A stretch of 64,000 nt of DNA, taken from positions 124,001 through 188,000 of IMG/VR virus record IMGVR_UViG_3300032322_001765, one strand, 5' to 3'. The position numbers and the translations under genes are program-made. Shown in pieces: positions 50,004 through 58,055 of this stretch (positions within the stretch are counted from its first letter, which is position 1; each line of letters begins with the position of its first letter). The notes under the pieces were generated by a model, which was not told the origin of the DNA, did not search any database, and saw nothing but the letters and a program-made list of their open reading frames with translations.

Positions 50004-51053
50004 ATGACTTTCTACAATTCTGATTTAAAAATTTTAGATATTGAGCCATCTTCTTTTTGTAATGCAAAATGTCCTCAATGCATGAGAGAATCACAAAATG
50101 GTTCCTATGATTTTTTTAATCAAGTGAATTTAACTGATACTTTTTTTGAGATTTTTTTTCCTAAACAAGTAGTAATAAATTTAGAAATAGTTTCATTTAG
50201 TGGAAATGTGGGGGAACCTACAATGAATAAACATTTGATTGATATTATCAGGTGGTTTAGAAAACAAAACCCTAAAATTTATGTAGAAGTATACACGAAC
50301 GGCAGCGTACAGAAACCAAAGTTTTGGAGCGAATTAGGAGAAGTTATTGGACATAATGGTAATGTGATATTTGCCATCGATGGACTAGAGGATACTAATC
50401 ATATATACCGTATTGGAGTTAAATGGAACCTGCTAATGCAAAATGCAAAAGCATATATAGAATCTGGAGCGAAGGCAACATGGCAGTTTATACCTTTTCT
50501 ACACAACGAGCATCAAGTTGAGTTAGCTAAACAATTAAGTGCAGAAATGGGATTCGATAAATTTAAAATTAAAATATCACATAGAGATTTATTAAATCAA
50601 CAGCAAAATGAAAAAACTAGAGTCTATCCACCAAAAAATCCTATGTATACACATAGCGGAAATAAACTAGATTTTACTAATCTTGATGTTACTGAAAACT
50701 ATTTAAATAGTCTAGATATTAAATGTTATGCCATAGAAAATAGTAACTTATATATTTCTGCTGAAGGTTTAGTGTTCCCTTGTTGTCACACGGCTAGCAT
50801 TATACTTTTAGATGATAATATGGTACCTGAACCGTATAGTTGGATTAGGAAAACAAAAAGTCAATTTAATCTTAATGAAATTAATTTACATAACAATACT
50901 CTAGAACAAATTTTAAAATCAGTTACCTTTAATGAAATTAAAGAGTCATGGAACAAAGACATTAGCGTAGGAAAAAATGCAATATGTGCAGCGATTTGCG
51001 GCAAATGTAAAAATAACAAAAGTCTTATAGAAAATCTATTGCACCATGAATAA
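50004..51053 (+). CDS. Radical SAM protein with C-terminal SPASM/twitch-like domain
   Basis: CNAKCPQC, GNVGEP, FAIDGL, C...PCC...CAAIC. Confidence 0.92.
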   Translation: MTFYNSDLKILDIEPSSFCNAKCPQCMRESQNGSYDFFNQVNLTDTFFEIFFPKQVVINLEIVSFSGNVGEPTMNKHLIDIIRWFRKQNPKIYVEVYTNGSVQKPKFWSELGEVIGHNGNVIFAIDGLEDTNHIYRIGVKWNLLMQNAKAYIESGAKATWQFIPFLHNEHQVELAKQLSAEMGFDKFKIKISHRDLLNQQQNEKTRVYPPKNPMYTHSGNKLDFTNLDVTENYLNSLDIKCYAIENSNLYISAEGLVFPCCHTASIILLDDNMVPEPYSWIRKTKSQFNLNEINLHNNTLEQILKSVTFNEIKESWNKDISVGKNAICAAICGKCKNNKSLIENLLHHE

Positions 51054-51984
51054 ACTAATAAAAATAGAAATAGCTAATCCTAATGCATTGCGTATTAATT
51101 TTGTAATGACACGTAGTTGCACCTACGAATGTAGATATTGTCCGGATGATCTACATTACGGTACACATAGAGATATAAACTTAAATGATTTAAAACTGTT
51201 TCTTAGTAGATTTACGGATAGAAATACGGCCGTTCAATTGACAGGTGGTGAATGCACTACTCATCCACAATTTGAGGAAGTTATAAAATTAATTAAAGAC
51301 TTTAATTATAATGTACTAGTGGATTCTAACAGTGTTAGGACATTGCGCTTCTACGATGAAGTAAAACATTTAGTAGATAATTGGTGCATAACATTACATC
51401 CTAGTCAACATAAATTAGATTTAGAAAAATTAAAATTATTATCACAACATTCTTTTCTAGTGATTTATGTTATGATGGATCCTAATTATTGGGAGATATC
51501 ATTAGACTGGTTTGATCAAATATCAAAATTAAAAGATTTAAAAGTAACACCAATCCGAGTTATGAACAATTGGGGAGGTGCAAATTTTCACGCTAATTAC
51601 AGTGACGAACAATTAGAGTATTTGTCAAAGGCAGAATCTAAATGGCTTTTTACTGTTGAACGAGAAACAGAATTAAGAAAAACTCACATGTGGTTAGCGG
51701 ATACAGAATCTATAGCAACAGACACTACTGGAAACAGGGTTACACTAGATCCATTTAAAATGATACGCACAGGCACAAACAATTTTTATGGTTGGCAGTG
51801 TAAAGCCGGTAATGAATCAATATGCATATTTGATGACGGCAAAGCCATATGGGCAAATTGTGGGATTAAAAAATTTAACCATTACTTAGAGTTGACTCCT
51901 GAAATAATGGCTGAACCACTGAAATGTAATTTTTTAGCTTGTTCATGTGCTACTGATATTCGAGCCTCTAAGTCAAAGAATTAG
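51046..51984 (+). CDS. Radical SAM protein with C-terminal SPASM/twitch-like domain
   Basis: CTYECRYC, TGGE, GWQCKAG...C...CNFLACSC. Confidence 0.92.
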   Translation: MNKLIKIEIANPNALRINFVMTRSCTYECRYCPDDLHYGTHRDINLNDLKLFLSRFTDRNTAVQLTGGECTTHPQFEEVIKLIKDFNYNVLVDSNSVRTLRFYDEVKHLVDNWCITLHPSQHKLDLEKLKLLSQHSFLVIYVMMDPNYWEISLDWFDQISKLKDLKVTPIRVMNNWGGANFHANYSDEQLEYLSKAESKWLFTVERETELRKTHMWLADTESIATDTTGNRVTLDPFKMIRTGTNNFYGWQCKAGNESICIFDDGKAIWANCGIKKFNHYLELTPEIMAEPLKCNFLACSCATDIRASKSKN

Positions 51985-53053
51985 TTTCTATCCACTGATC
52001 ATTGGGTTGACTTATATCTACATTTTTAAATTCACCGCATACTCTGGCACAGGTAATTAATTTTTCTTCATTCCATTTTTTGTGCCAAATATTTTGCCAA
52101 ATTTCAGAATCAATCACATTTTTTATTCCGTTTAGTGCATTAAGTTTTTCTACACCACCAAAATCTTCAATTAGTTTAGTGTATTGATTTTTTATATCTT
52201 CGCTTACATTATGATTGATATATTCAGGATCATAGTATGTATAGGGTATGGAACTTACCCAACAACAAGGAAGTATGGTTTTGTATGCGTCAATGTAGAT
52301 TTCTTTAAGATTTAAAACATGGCAGTTAATTTTTGCCTCAGCTATAAGTTGTTTATAAGAATTAATTACCTCTTTTGGCATAAACTTAATAGTAGTTTCA
52401 GTTGGGGGTTCAATTGTATGTGTATAGTTTCCTTCTTTATCTACAACATCGTATTTTGGTTCTACTAAAAAGCGTGAACTATTTTTTACAACAAATTTTG
52501 AGAAACCTAAACTTTTGGCTACTACCCTACATTCTTCTGTTTGATGCTCATTGTGTTTAAATTTTATAAATGTCCATTCGGCGATTCCCCCTGCATCAAT
52601 AAAAGCTTTTGCATTTTTTATTACAGTATTGTAATTAGTGCCTATCCTATATAATGAATGCGTATCAACTAATCCGTCAAGTGCGAAATGAACACAGTGA
52701 TCTACAGGAAGTGCCTTAGCTAAATCTATCCACCATGACGGCTTTCTAGCTCCGCCATTGGTGTGTATGGCAATTCGTACATTTGGATTCACATGTTTGA
52801 TGTACACACACATTTCTATTAGGTCATCATGCAGCATAGGATCACCAAAATTGCCGCAAAAATATATACATCGGACTAAGTTTAAAATTTCAGGAGAGAT
52901 GATCTTTTTAAACTCAATTAGTGTCCACTGAGTTAATTTTAAATATGGATTAGGCAACCCACCGTGATGATTTCTGGCACACATGGGGCACCTTGCCTGA
53001 CAATTATTAGTTAGCTCTATGTGAATAGATTTTAATTCATTAAATTTAAACAT
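51968..53053 (-). CDS. Radical SAM protein with C-terminal SPASM/twitch-like domain
   Basis: CQARCPMC, GNFGDP, HTNG, PCC, CARVC. Confidence 0.92.
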   Translation of the reverse strand: MFKFNELKSIHIELTNNCQARCPMCARNHHGGLPNPYLKLTQWTLIEFKKIISPEILNLVRCIYFCGNFGDPMLHDDLIEMCVYIKHVNPNVRIAIHTNGGARKPSWWIDLAKALPVDHCVHFALDGLVDTHSLYRIGTNYNTVIKNAKAFIDAGGIAEWTFIKFKHNEHQTEECRVVAKSLGFSKFVVKNSSRFLVEPKYDVVDKEGNYTHTIEPPTETTIKFMPKEVINSYKQLIAEAKINCHVLNLKEIYIDAYKTILPCCWVSSIPYTYYDPEYINHNVSEDIKNQYTKLIEDFGGVEKLNALNGIKNVIDSEIWQNIWHKKWNEEKLITCARVCGEFKNVDISQPNDQWIETNSLT

Positions 53054-53672
53054 TCGCCTTTCCTATAATCATGTATCTGTCATACAATGGCAATTCAAGT
53101 TTTTTTGCATTATAAACATGTAGTTTGCATTGATCTATAAAATGAGTTAAACTATTGGCAATTCGTATGTGTTCATCAATTTTGTAATTATTACTTTGTA
53201 CTACAATCAAACTATTGTGCGGTAAACAAGTTAACCATGTATCATATTGTTCTTGTGTAATGTGTTCACAACTAGTGTTGATAATAATATCTGCATTACT
53301 GTGAATTGCACACATATCCGATGTAATTGCTGTAAATCTTCCTTGCATTTCTTCTTTTTTATTCATAGTTCTAGCTATTTCTTCACAACTAGGATCTATA
53401 TCGATGGTACGAATATACTTAATAGAAATTTTACTTTGAAAAAGAAAACTAGCAAGAGTGCCGACCCACCCGCCGTGTATGTCAATACTGACAGGAAAAT
53501 TTAAACTTTTATCTTGTTCTGAACTGATAAAACTTTCTAAAGTTTCAATTAACCACTCTTTGCTTTGTATCTGTCCTCGCCAAAAGGCGTCTAGTGTACG
53601 TTTGGGGTCTTTGCTCTCACGAATGGCACACATCCAATAATGCAAGTGTTCAGTGTCTATATTCATGTTCAA
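53046..53672 (-). CDS. SAM-dependent methyltransferase-like protein
   Basis: GQIQSKEWL, HGGWVG, IDIDP, INTSCEH, QSNN. Confidence 0.65.
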   Translation of the reverse strand: MNMNIDTEHLHYWMCAIRESKDPKRTLDAFWRGQIQSKEWLIETLESFISSEQDKSLNFPVSIDIHGGWVGTLASFLFQSKISIKYIRTIDIDPSCEEIARTMNKKEEMQGRFTAITSDMCAIHSNADIIINTSCEHITQEQYDTWLTCLPHNSLIVVQSNNYKIDEHIRIANSLTHFIDQCKLHVYNAKKLELPLYDRYMIIGKANV

Positions 53673-54659
53673 CTATTCTGTTAACTTGCATTTTGGTATT
53701 TTGCTATCTGCCGAACTCACACAGCTAGGGGTTATACACTTTTTTGGCGAGCCAAATAATTTAAAACCATCAGTTAATGTTCCTAATGGTTGGTCGTGGC
53801 AACTATAACTTCTTTTAATTTCATCTCCCCGTATTATAACACTTTGATACCCTGAATTGCAATACCAACCTTTAAAATTATTAAAACCAAAAGAATTAAA
53901 TCTTTCTGCTTGGTCAAACAAGTACTCATTGTTGTCTTGGTCATACAAGCTTATTTGATATATTTCTTGCTCCTTTGCCTTTTGGGGGAACCCATTTTGC
54001 ATTATTGCAATCATTTCGTTTGTGTATCCATCTACAATTGCACTGGCGGTGTCGTTACTCTGTGGCTTTAGTGTGACATTGATTCCTTTATCATGAAATC
54101 TATTACACCTATCATACAACTCATAAAATTGATCTGGTACCATAACTTGATTAATGGTTACGTGAACATTTTCTCCCATTAAGAATAAACATTTTTCTGC
54201 AAATTCATTTTCATTCGCAAACTCACTATGATAACTTGCAGTAATTGATTTGCGTTGAAATAGTTCAGTAGACATGCACCAATTTCCCCACCATTTTTTG
54301 CTTGGACTTAAATTAGTAGTCATGTGTATACTTTGGTATGGGGTGATACCATCTTCAAGGTATTTTAATAAAGATAATAAATGTTTATAAGCAGTTGGTT
54401 CTCCGCCACTAAAGGACCAATGAAATTTATTAAATCTATTTTGCCTTGCTTGAGTTTTTATTGAATCTATTGTTTGAATGTATTTTTGAAAATCCGAATA
54501 GTCAGGCGTTTGGCTATTAGCATAAGGCCAACAATAGCTGCACTTATAATTACAGAACCTACCAAGAATCCAACTAATATTAAAGACATCATCTTTTATT
54601 AAAGTTTGTTGACCAAATTTTACTATTTTCTCAAATGGAATTTTTGTAAAATCGATCAT
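53673..54659 (-). CDS. Radical SAM protein with C-terminal SPASM/twitch-like domain
   Basis: CNYKCSYC, SGGEPT, GWYCNSG...SC...CITPSC; start taken at MIDFTK. Confidence 0.92.
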   Translation of the reverse strand: MIDFTKIPFEKIVKFGQQTLIKDDVFNISWILGRFCNYKCSYCWPYANSQTPDYSDFQKYIQTIDSIKTQARQNRFNKFHWSFSGGEPTAYKHLLSLLKYLEDGITPYQSIHMTTNLSPSKKWWGNWCMSTELFQRKSITASYHSEFANENEFAEKCLFLMGENVHVTINQVMVPDQFYELYDRCNRFHDKGINVTLKPQSNDTASAIVDGYTNEMIAIMQNGFPQKAKEQEIYQISLYDQDNNEYLFDQAERFNSFGFNNFKGWYCNSGYQSVIIRGDEIKRSYSCHDQPLGTLTDGFKLFGSPKKCITPSCVSSADSKIPKCKLTE

Positions 54660-56232
54660 ACTGTTCTTTGAGCCAGTCGTAGTCATTTATCCTTTTTAAT
54701 ACTTCTGTATCATTCTTGTTAGCCATCGCAAATTCTTTGCCTGCAATAGCTCCGTCAATTGCAAATTCGCCGTACTTCTTATCTTTGCCTACTGTACACC
54801 AAACGTTTAATCTGTCGTTAGTTTCAATTGAGTTTTGTCTATCAATTATTTGACTTGCTAACTTTACGCATTCTCTAAATGCACTTCGCCATGTATTGAA
54901 TGGATCCGTATTAAAATTAGTATAATTACTTAGTTTAATTACAGGTTCGTATAAATTACTTATACTTGTAGTCATATCAGGTTTATTAGTTTGCATATGT
55001 AACGTGTAGAATCTGGGTAATAGCTTTACACCACCGTACCCATATATTAACCCATTAATTGGATTAACGCTGCGCCAAACTCTAACTTTGGCTTGTTCAT
55101 AAAAAGGTACACTAAAATCAAAAGAAAAATCATCAACTAATGATGCATCGGCATCTACTACCCAAAAATAATCTGTTTTTGCAATCTTAGCAGCAGCAAT
55201 GTGTGCTTGATGTATCCCTGCTATGCCGTCAATTCTTTTTGCTTTTGGATATTTTTTAAGTACTAGTTCAAAATTTTTTTCAGCGTTTGGTTCACCGTAG
55301 CTTATGAATATTACGTCAAATTCACCTGGGTATTTGTATTTTATAAATGTTTCAGGACTTCTTCTGCTTACAGGAATTTCTTCTTTGTATTCTTTGCTAG
55401 CATTTGGTTGAAATACATCTACAATTCTTCCATCATTTGTTATAGAACTTAACGATCTACCTAATCGATTACATTCAAACAATATATCATCTTTATATAA
55501 TTCATACTGAGCTTCAAATAGGTTATCTAAATGTTCAAAATCTTTGATATCCCCTATATTAAAATTTTGTTTTGACAATGCGATATATGCTGCCTGCCTG
55601 GCGCCCAATATAGCCCAAACTCCATTTTCAACGTCTGTGCCTAAATGCATCCATCTCCAAAGTCTTTCATAATTTCTCCAGTTGATTTCTGAAATTTCTT
55701 TTACGAATATATCATTTTCCATACATAGTTTGATGCCTTCCCTAAACCCACTTCTCCAAGCTTGCTTTGGACTTGAATTTATGTTTACATCACTTAAACT
55801 ACGATTTAATTGTAGATAATTTTTAAAATCAAAATCAACACTATTAGGATTGGAGCTGTTTTCATGGGTACGCATAGTTTTCAGTTTTTCTACTGGCCAA
55901 ACTTTGATACCACCGTTACCATACGTATTTCCATTAATGTTGTTTTTACCACTAAAGCTTATTACACTGTCGGATACGTTTACGGTATCGACTAGATTCA
56001 GTTCAATTTGCAATAAATTATCGTGTACGTAGTTATCACCATCAACAATAATAACGTGACTATGATTTTCAACAAGATTTGCAACAGCTTTGTGTGCAGT
56101 GTCGCTTCCCTTTATATTGTCAACACGCAGTGCATTTGGACAAATTTCTAGTAAGCGTAAGTAATTGGCTTCTTTGTTTTCCTCTTGATAACTTAGAAAA
56201 ACGACTGGATAATTTTGAATTTTGAATAGCAT
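54631..56232 (-). CDS. Internally duplicated GT-A-like protein
   Basis: Two copies of V(V/I)F(L/I)SY.E.N...G...AH...VD(G/A)D...N..NG..YG.GG(I/V)K...WRS.FRE..KL. Confidence 0.6.
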   Translation of the reverse strand: MLFKIQNYPVVFLSYQEENKEANYLRLLEICPNALRVDNIKGSDTAHKAVANLVENHSHVIIVDGDNYVHDNLLQIELNLVDTVNVSDSVISFSGKNNINGNTYGNGGIKVWPVEKLKTMRTHENSSNPNSVDFDFKNYLQLNRSLSDVNINSSPKQAWRSGFREGIKLCMENDIFVKEISEINWRNYERLWRWMHLGTDVENGVWAILGARQAAYIALSKQNFNIGDIKDFEHLDNLFEAQYELYKDDILFECNRLGRSLSSITNDGRIVDVFQPNASKEYKEEIPVSRRSPETFIKYKYPGEFDVIFISYGEPNAEKNFELVLKKYPKAKRIDGIAGIHQAHIAAAKIAKTDYFWVVDADASLVDDFSFDFSVPFYEQAKVRVWRSVNPINGLIYGYGGVKLLPRFYTLHMQTNKPDMTTSISNLYEPVIKLSNYTNFNTDPFNTWRSAFRECVKLASQIIDRQNSIETNDRLNVWCTVGKDKKYGEFAIDGAIAGKEFAMANKNDTEVLKRINDYDWLKEQYDRFYKNSI

Positions 56233-56268
56233 GACAATATTTATTAGAAAAAACGGGCAAATAAGTAT

Positions 56269-56297
56269 TTGACTATATAGATATCTTATTGTACAAT
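56269..56297 (+). promoter_or_regulatory. sigma70-type promoter upstream of the leader ORF and tRNA array
   Basis: TTGACT-17 nt-TACAAT. Confidence 0.65.
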
Positions 56298-56369
56298 GTG
56301 TACATTGAAAATGCGTAAAAAAGCTAGATAATTTAAGCTTTTATTATGCCAGGACTAAATAACTTTACT

Positions 56370-56510
56370 ATGATGAACTTTACTTGTAAAAATACGATGC
56401 TGCATGAAGGGCTATGGTCAGTTTTAGCCATAGAGTCTTTTGCGCCTGTATATCCAACAAGTATCCGTGGCACAAATGATAATCAAAGCGGCTACCGGGG
56501 AACGGAATAA
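56370..56510 (+). CDS. Putative leader peptide, 46 aa (MMNFTCKNTMLHEGLWSVLAIESFAPVYPTSIRGTNDNQSGYRGTE)
   Basis: Not in ORF track; TAAATA at 56356-56361; alternative in-frame ATG at 56346; terminator follows. Confidence 0.5.
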   Translation: MMNFTCKNTMLHEGLWSVLAIESFAPVYPTSIRGTNDNQSGYRGTE

Positions 56511-56537
56511 ACAAGTAACATTATAAAAGTTTATACG

Positions 56538-56570
56538 AACCCTGGAAATTTAAAATCTCCAGGGTTTTTT
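56538..56570 (+). terminator. Intrinsic terminator (candidate attenuator)
   Basis: AACCCTGGA...TCCAGGGTT stem followed by a T-run. Confidence 0.8.
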
Positions 56571-56589
56571 GTTGCAGGAATACAACACT

Positions 56590-56748
56590 ATGATTGACAA
56601 AATAACAGAAAATGATATAAAATTCGGTTCGCTTGATAACAAAAAGTGGTATGAAGAACATGTGTTATCAAAAGAACAACTAGATTTGTTAATAAAAAAC
56701 AAATTTGATAGGTATAAAAATTATCAAATAGACAAGGTTGATTGCTAA
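56590..56748 (+). CDS. Small hypothetical protein, 52 aa (MIDKITENDIKFGSLDNKKWYEEH...)
   Basis: AGGA upstream, open frame to TAA at 56748; not in ORF track. Confidence 0.4.
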   Translation: MIDKITENDIKFGSLDNKKWYEEHVLSKEQLDLLIKNKFDRYKNYQIDKVDC

Positions 56749-56901
56749 TTTTTATACAAGTGTTTAGAGAGAACGAGGCTCTTAGGTTCACTATAAAAAA
56801 TCTTTAACGGGCGGACAGTATACATGAAGTATATGGCGAAAACATATATAGTAAGACTACTGGTTGGAACGTCGATTCTAACATAATGCGAGATAACTCG
56901 C

Positions 56902-57005
56902 ATTATTCTAAAGCATACTCAGTGATATAGGGTACAGTCGGGATGCCGTAATGGATCCTTTTAGATGAGCGGTTCAACTCCGTTAATAGTATGTTTCAGA
57001 ATAAT
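56902..57005 (+). ncRNA. Conserved-stem hairpin element, copy 1, containing a tRNA T-arm
   Basis: ATTATTCTAAAGCATACT / AGTATGTTTCAGAATAAT arms; AGCGG-TTCAACT-CCGTT at 56968-56984. Confidence 0.5.
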
Positions 57006-57014
57006 AATTACAAT

Positions 57015-57090
57015 TGGGGATTCGCCAAGTTGGTAAGGCACCGGATTTTGATTCCGGCATTCGGTGGTTCGAGTCCATCATCCCCAGCCA
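57015..57090 (+). tRNA. tRNA-Gln(TTG)
   Basis: Cloverleaf; CCGGA-TTTTGAT-TCCGG; CCA. Confidence 0.95.
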
Positions 57091-57092
57091 TT

Positions 57093-57169
57093 GCCCCAAT
57101 AACTCAGTGGACTAGAGTACTGTGCTACGAACGCAGGAGTCGGAGGTTCGAATCCTTCTTGGGGTACCA
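57093..57169 (+). tRNA. tRNA-Arg(ACG)
   Basis: CTGTG-CTACGAA-CGCAG; CCA. Confidence 0.95.
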
Positions 57170-57229
57170 TTCTTGTTGACTAAATACGTTTGCTTGTTTA
57201 ATATGAGCGTTCTTATACAGGAGGTAAAC

Positions 57230-57301
57230 ATGTGGACTAAACCTACAGCACAGGATATGCGTTTTGGTTTTGAAATCACTATGTATATTGCAAATCGCTA
57301 A
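57230..57301 (+). CDS. pqqA: PQQ precursor peptide PqqA (MWTKPTAQDMRFGFEITMYIANR)
   Basis: 23 aa; W.KP...D.RFGFE.TMY..NR with the ExxxY motif; AGGAGG RBS; hairpin after the stop. Confidence 0.93.
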   Translation: MWTKPTAQDMRFGFEITMYIANR

Positions 57302-57319
57302 TATACAACATTGATGGGC

Positions 57320-57346
57320 AAAAAGGTAGCTATGCTACCTTTTTTT
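57320..57346 (+). terminator. Intrinsic terminator after pqqA (possibly bidirectional)
   Basis: AAAAAGGTAGC-TAT-GCTACCTTTTTTT. Confidence 0.85.
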
Positions 57347-57348
57347 AC

Positions 57349-57424
57349 GGTAGAGTAGCATAGCGGCTAATGCGCCACCTTCATACGGTGTTTATCGTCA
57401 GTTCGAGTCTGACCTCTACTACCA
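57349..57424 (+). tRNA. tRNA with CAT anticodon (elongator Met or Ile2)
   Basis: CACC-TTCATAC-GGTG; paired 1:72; CCA. Confidence 0.85.
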
Positions 57425-57438
57425 ATAAAGGAAATATT

Positions 57439-57591
57439 ATGCCAATGTATGAAACTACTGTTAGAACGCCGAGCGGCGAAGAAAAGAAAAGAATTTATGC
57501 GGATACACCGCAAGAGGCTAAAAAACTTTTTGAACAATTGTATGGTGGGCCTAGAGCAGTTCCATATATACCAAAAATAGTACCAAGTTAG
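57439..57591 (+). CDS. Small hypothetical protein, 50 aa (MPMYETTVRTPSG...)
   Basis: AAGGA RBS; true start lies after the tRNA. Confidence 0.65.
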   Translation: MPMYETTVRTPSGEEKKRIYADTPQEAKKLFEQLYGGPRAVPYIPKIVPS

Positions 57592-57664
57592 GGGGATTAG
57601 TTAAATGGGATAACAACGGCTTTGCAAGCCGTGATTAACAGTTCGATTCTGTTATCCTCCACCA
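57591..57664 (+). tRNA. tRNA-Ala(TGC)
   Basis: G3:U70 pair; ACGGC-TTTGCAA-GCCGT; CCA. Confidence 0.95.
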
Positions 57665-57675
57665 AAACATTCAAT

Positions 57676-57752
57676 GGTGATGGTAGCTCAGTTGGTAGAG
57701 TCCCGGATTGTGATTCCGGTCGTCGTGGGTTCGAGCCCCATCCTTCACCCCA
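57676..57752 (+). tRNA. tRNA-His(GTG)
   Basis: G-1 and C73; CCGGA-TTGTGAT-TCCGG. Confidence 0.95.
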
Positions 57753-57755
57753 AAT

Positions 57756-57833
57756 ACCCTGATGGCGAAATTGGTAGACGCACCAGTTTAAGGTACTGGA
57801 TTGTTGAGAGTTCGAGTCTCTCTCAGGGCACCA
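57756..57833 (+). tRNA. tRNA-Leu(AAG), atypical
   Basis: Leu-type D-arm (GGCGAAATTGGTAGACGC); CCAGT-TTAAGGT-ACTGG; short variable region; A1-C72 mismatch. Confidence 0.75.
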
Positions 57834-57835
57834 AT

Positions 57836-57911
57836 GCCGTTCAAGCTAACCAAGTGGAAGCGTCTGTCTGAAGAACAGAATGGCCTGGAGCGTTACCAGG
57901 GGTCGGCACCA
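57836..57911 (+). tRNA. tRNA-Phe(GAA), atypical T-loop
   Basis: TCTGT-CTGAAGA-ACAGA; T-arm CCTGG-AGCGTTA-CCAGG; CCA. Confidence 0.8.
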
Positions 57912-57915
57912 ATTT

Positions 57916-57944
57916 TTGACAAATATTAAATTATTTGTTATACT
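57916..57944 (+). promoter_or_regulatory. sigma70-type promoter
   Basis: TTGACA-17 nt-TATACT. Confidence 0.75.
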
Positions 57945-57948
57945 TGAT

Positions 57949-58023
57949 GAGTCCTTAGTCTAATGGATAAGATACTGCATTCCGATTGCATTGATGCAGG
58001 TTCGATTCCTGCAGGACTTACCA
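57949..58023 (+). tRNA. tRNA-Arg(CCG)
   Basis: TGCA-TTCCGAT-TGCA; A20 in D-loop; CCA. Confidence 0.88.
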
Positions 58024-58055
58024 AAAGTAAATACTATTTTATATAGGAGATTAAA

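Noticed and set aside
29235-54659. One of the radical SAM genes as pqqE
   Set aside because: None shows recognisable PqqE features, and no pqqB, pqqC or pqqD lies nearby; needs an HMM test
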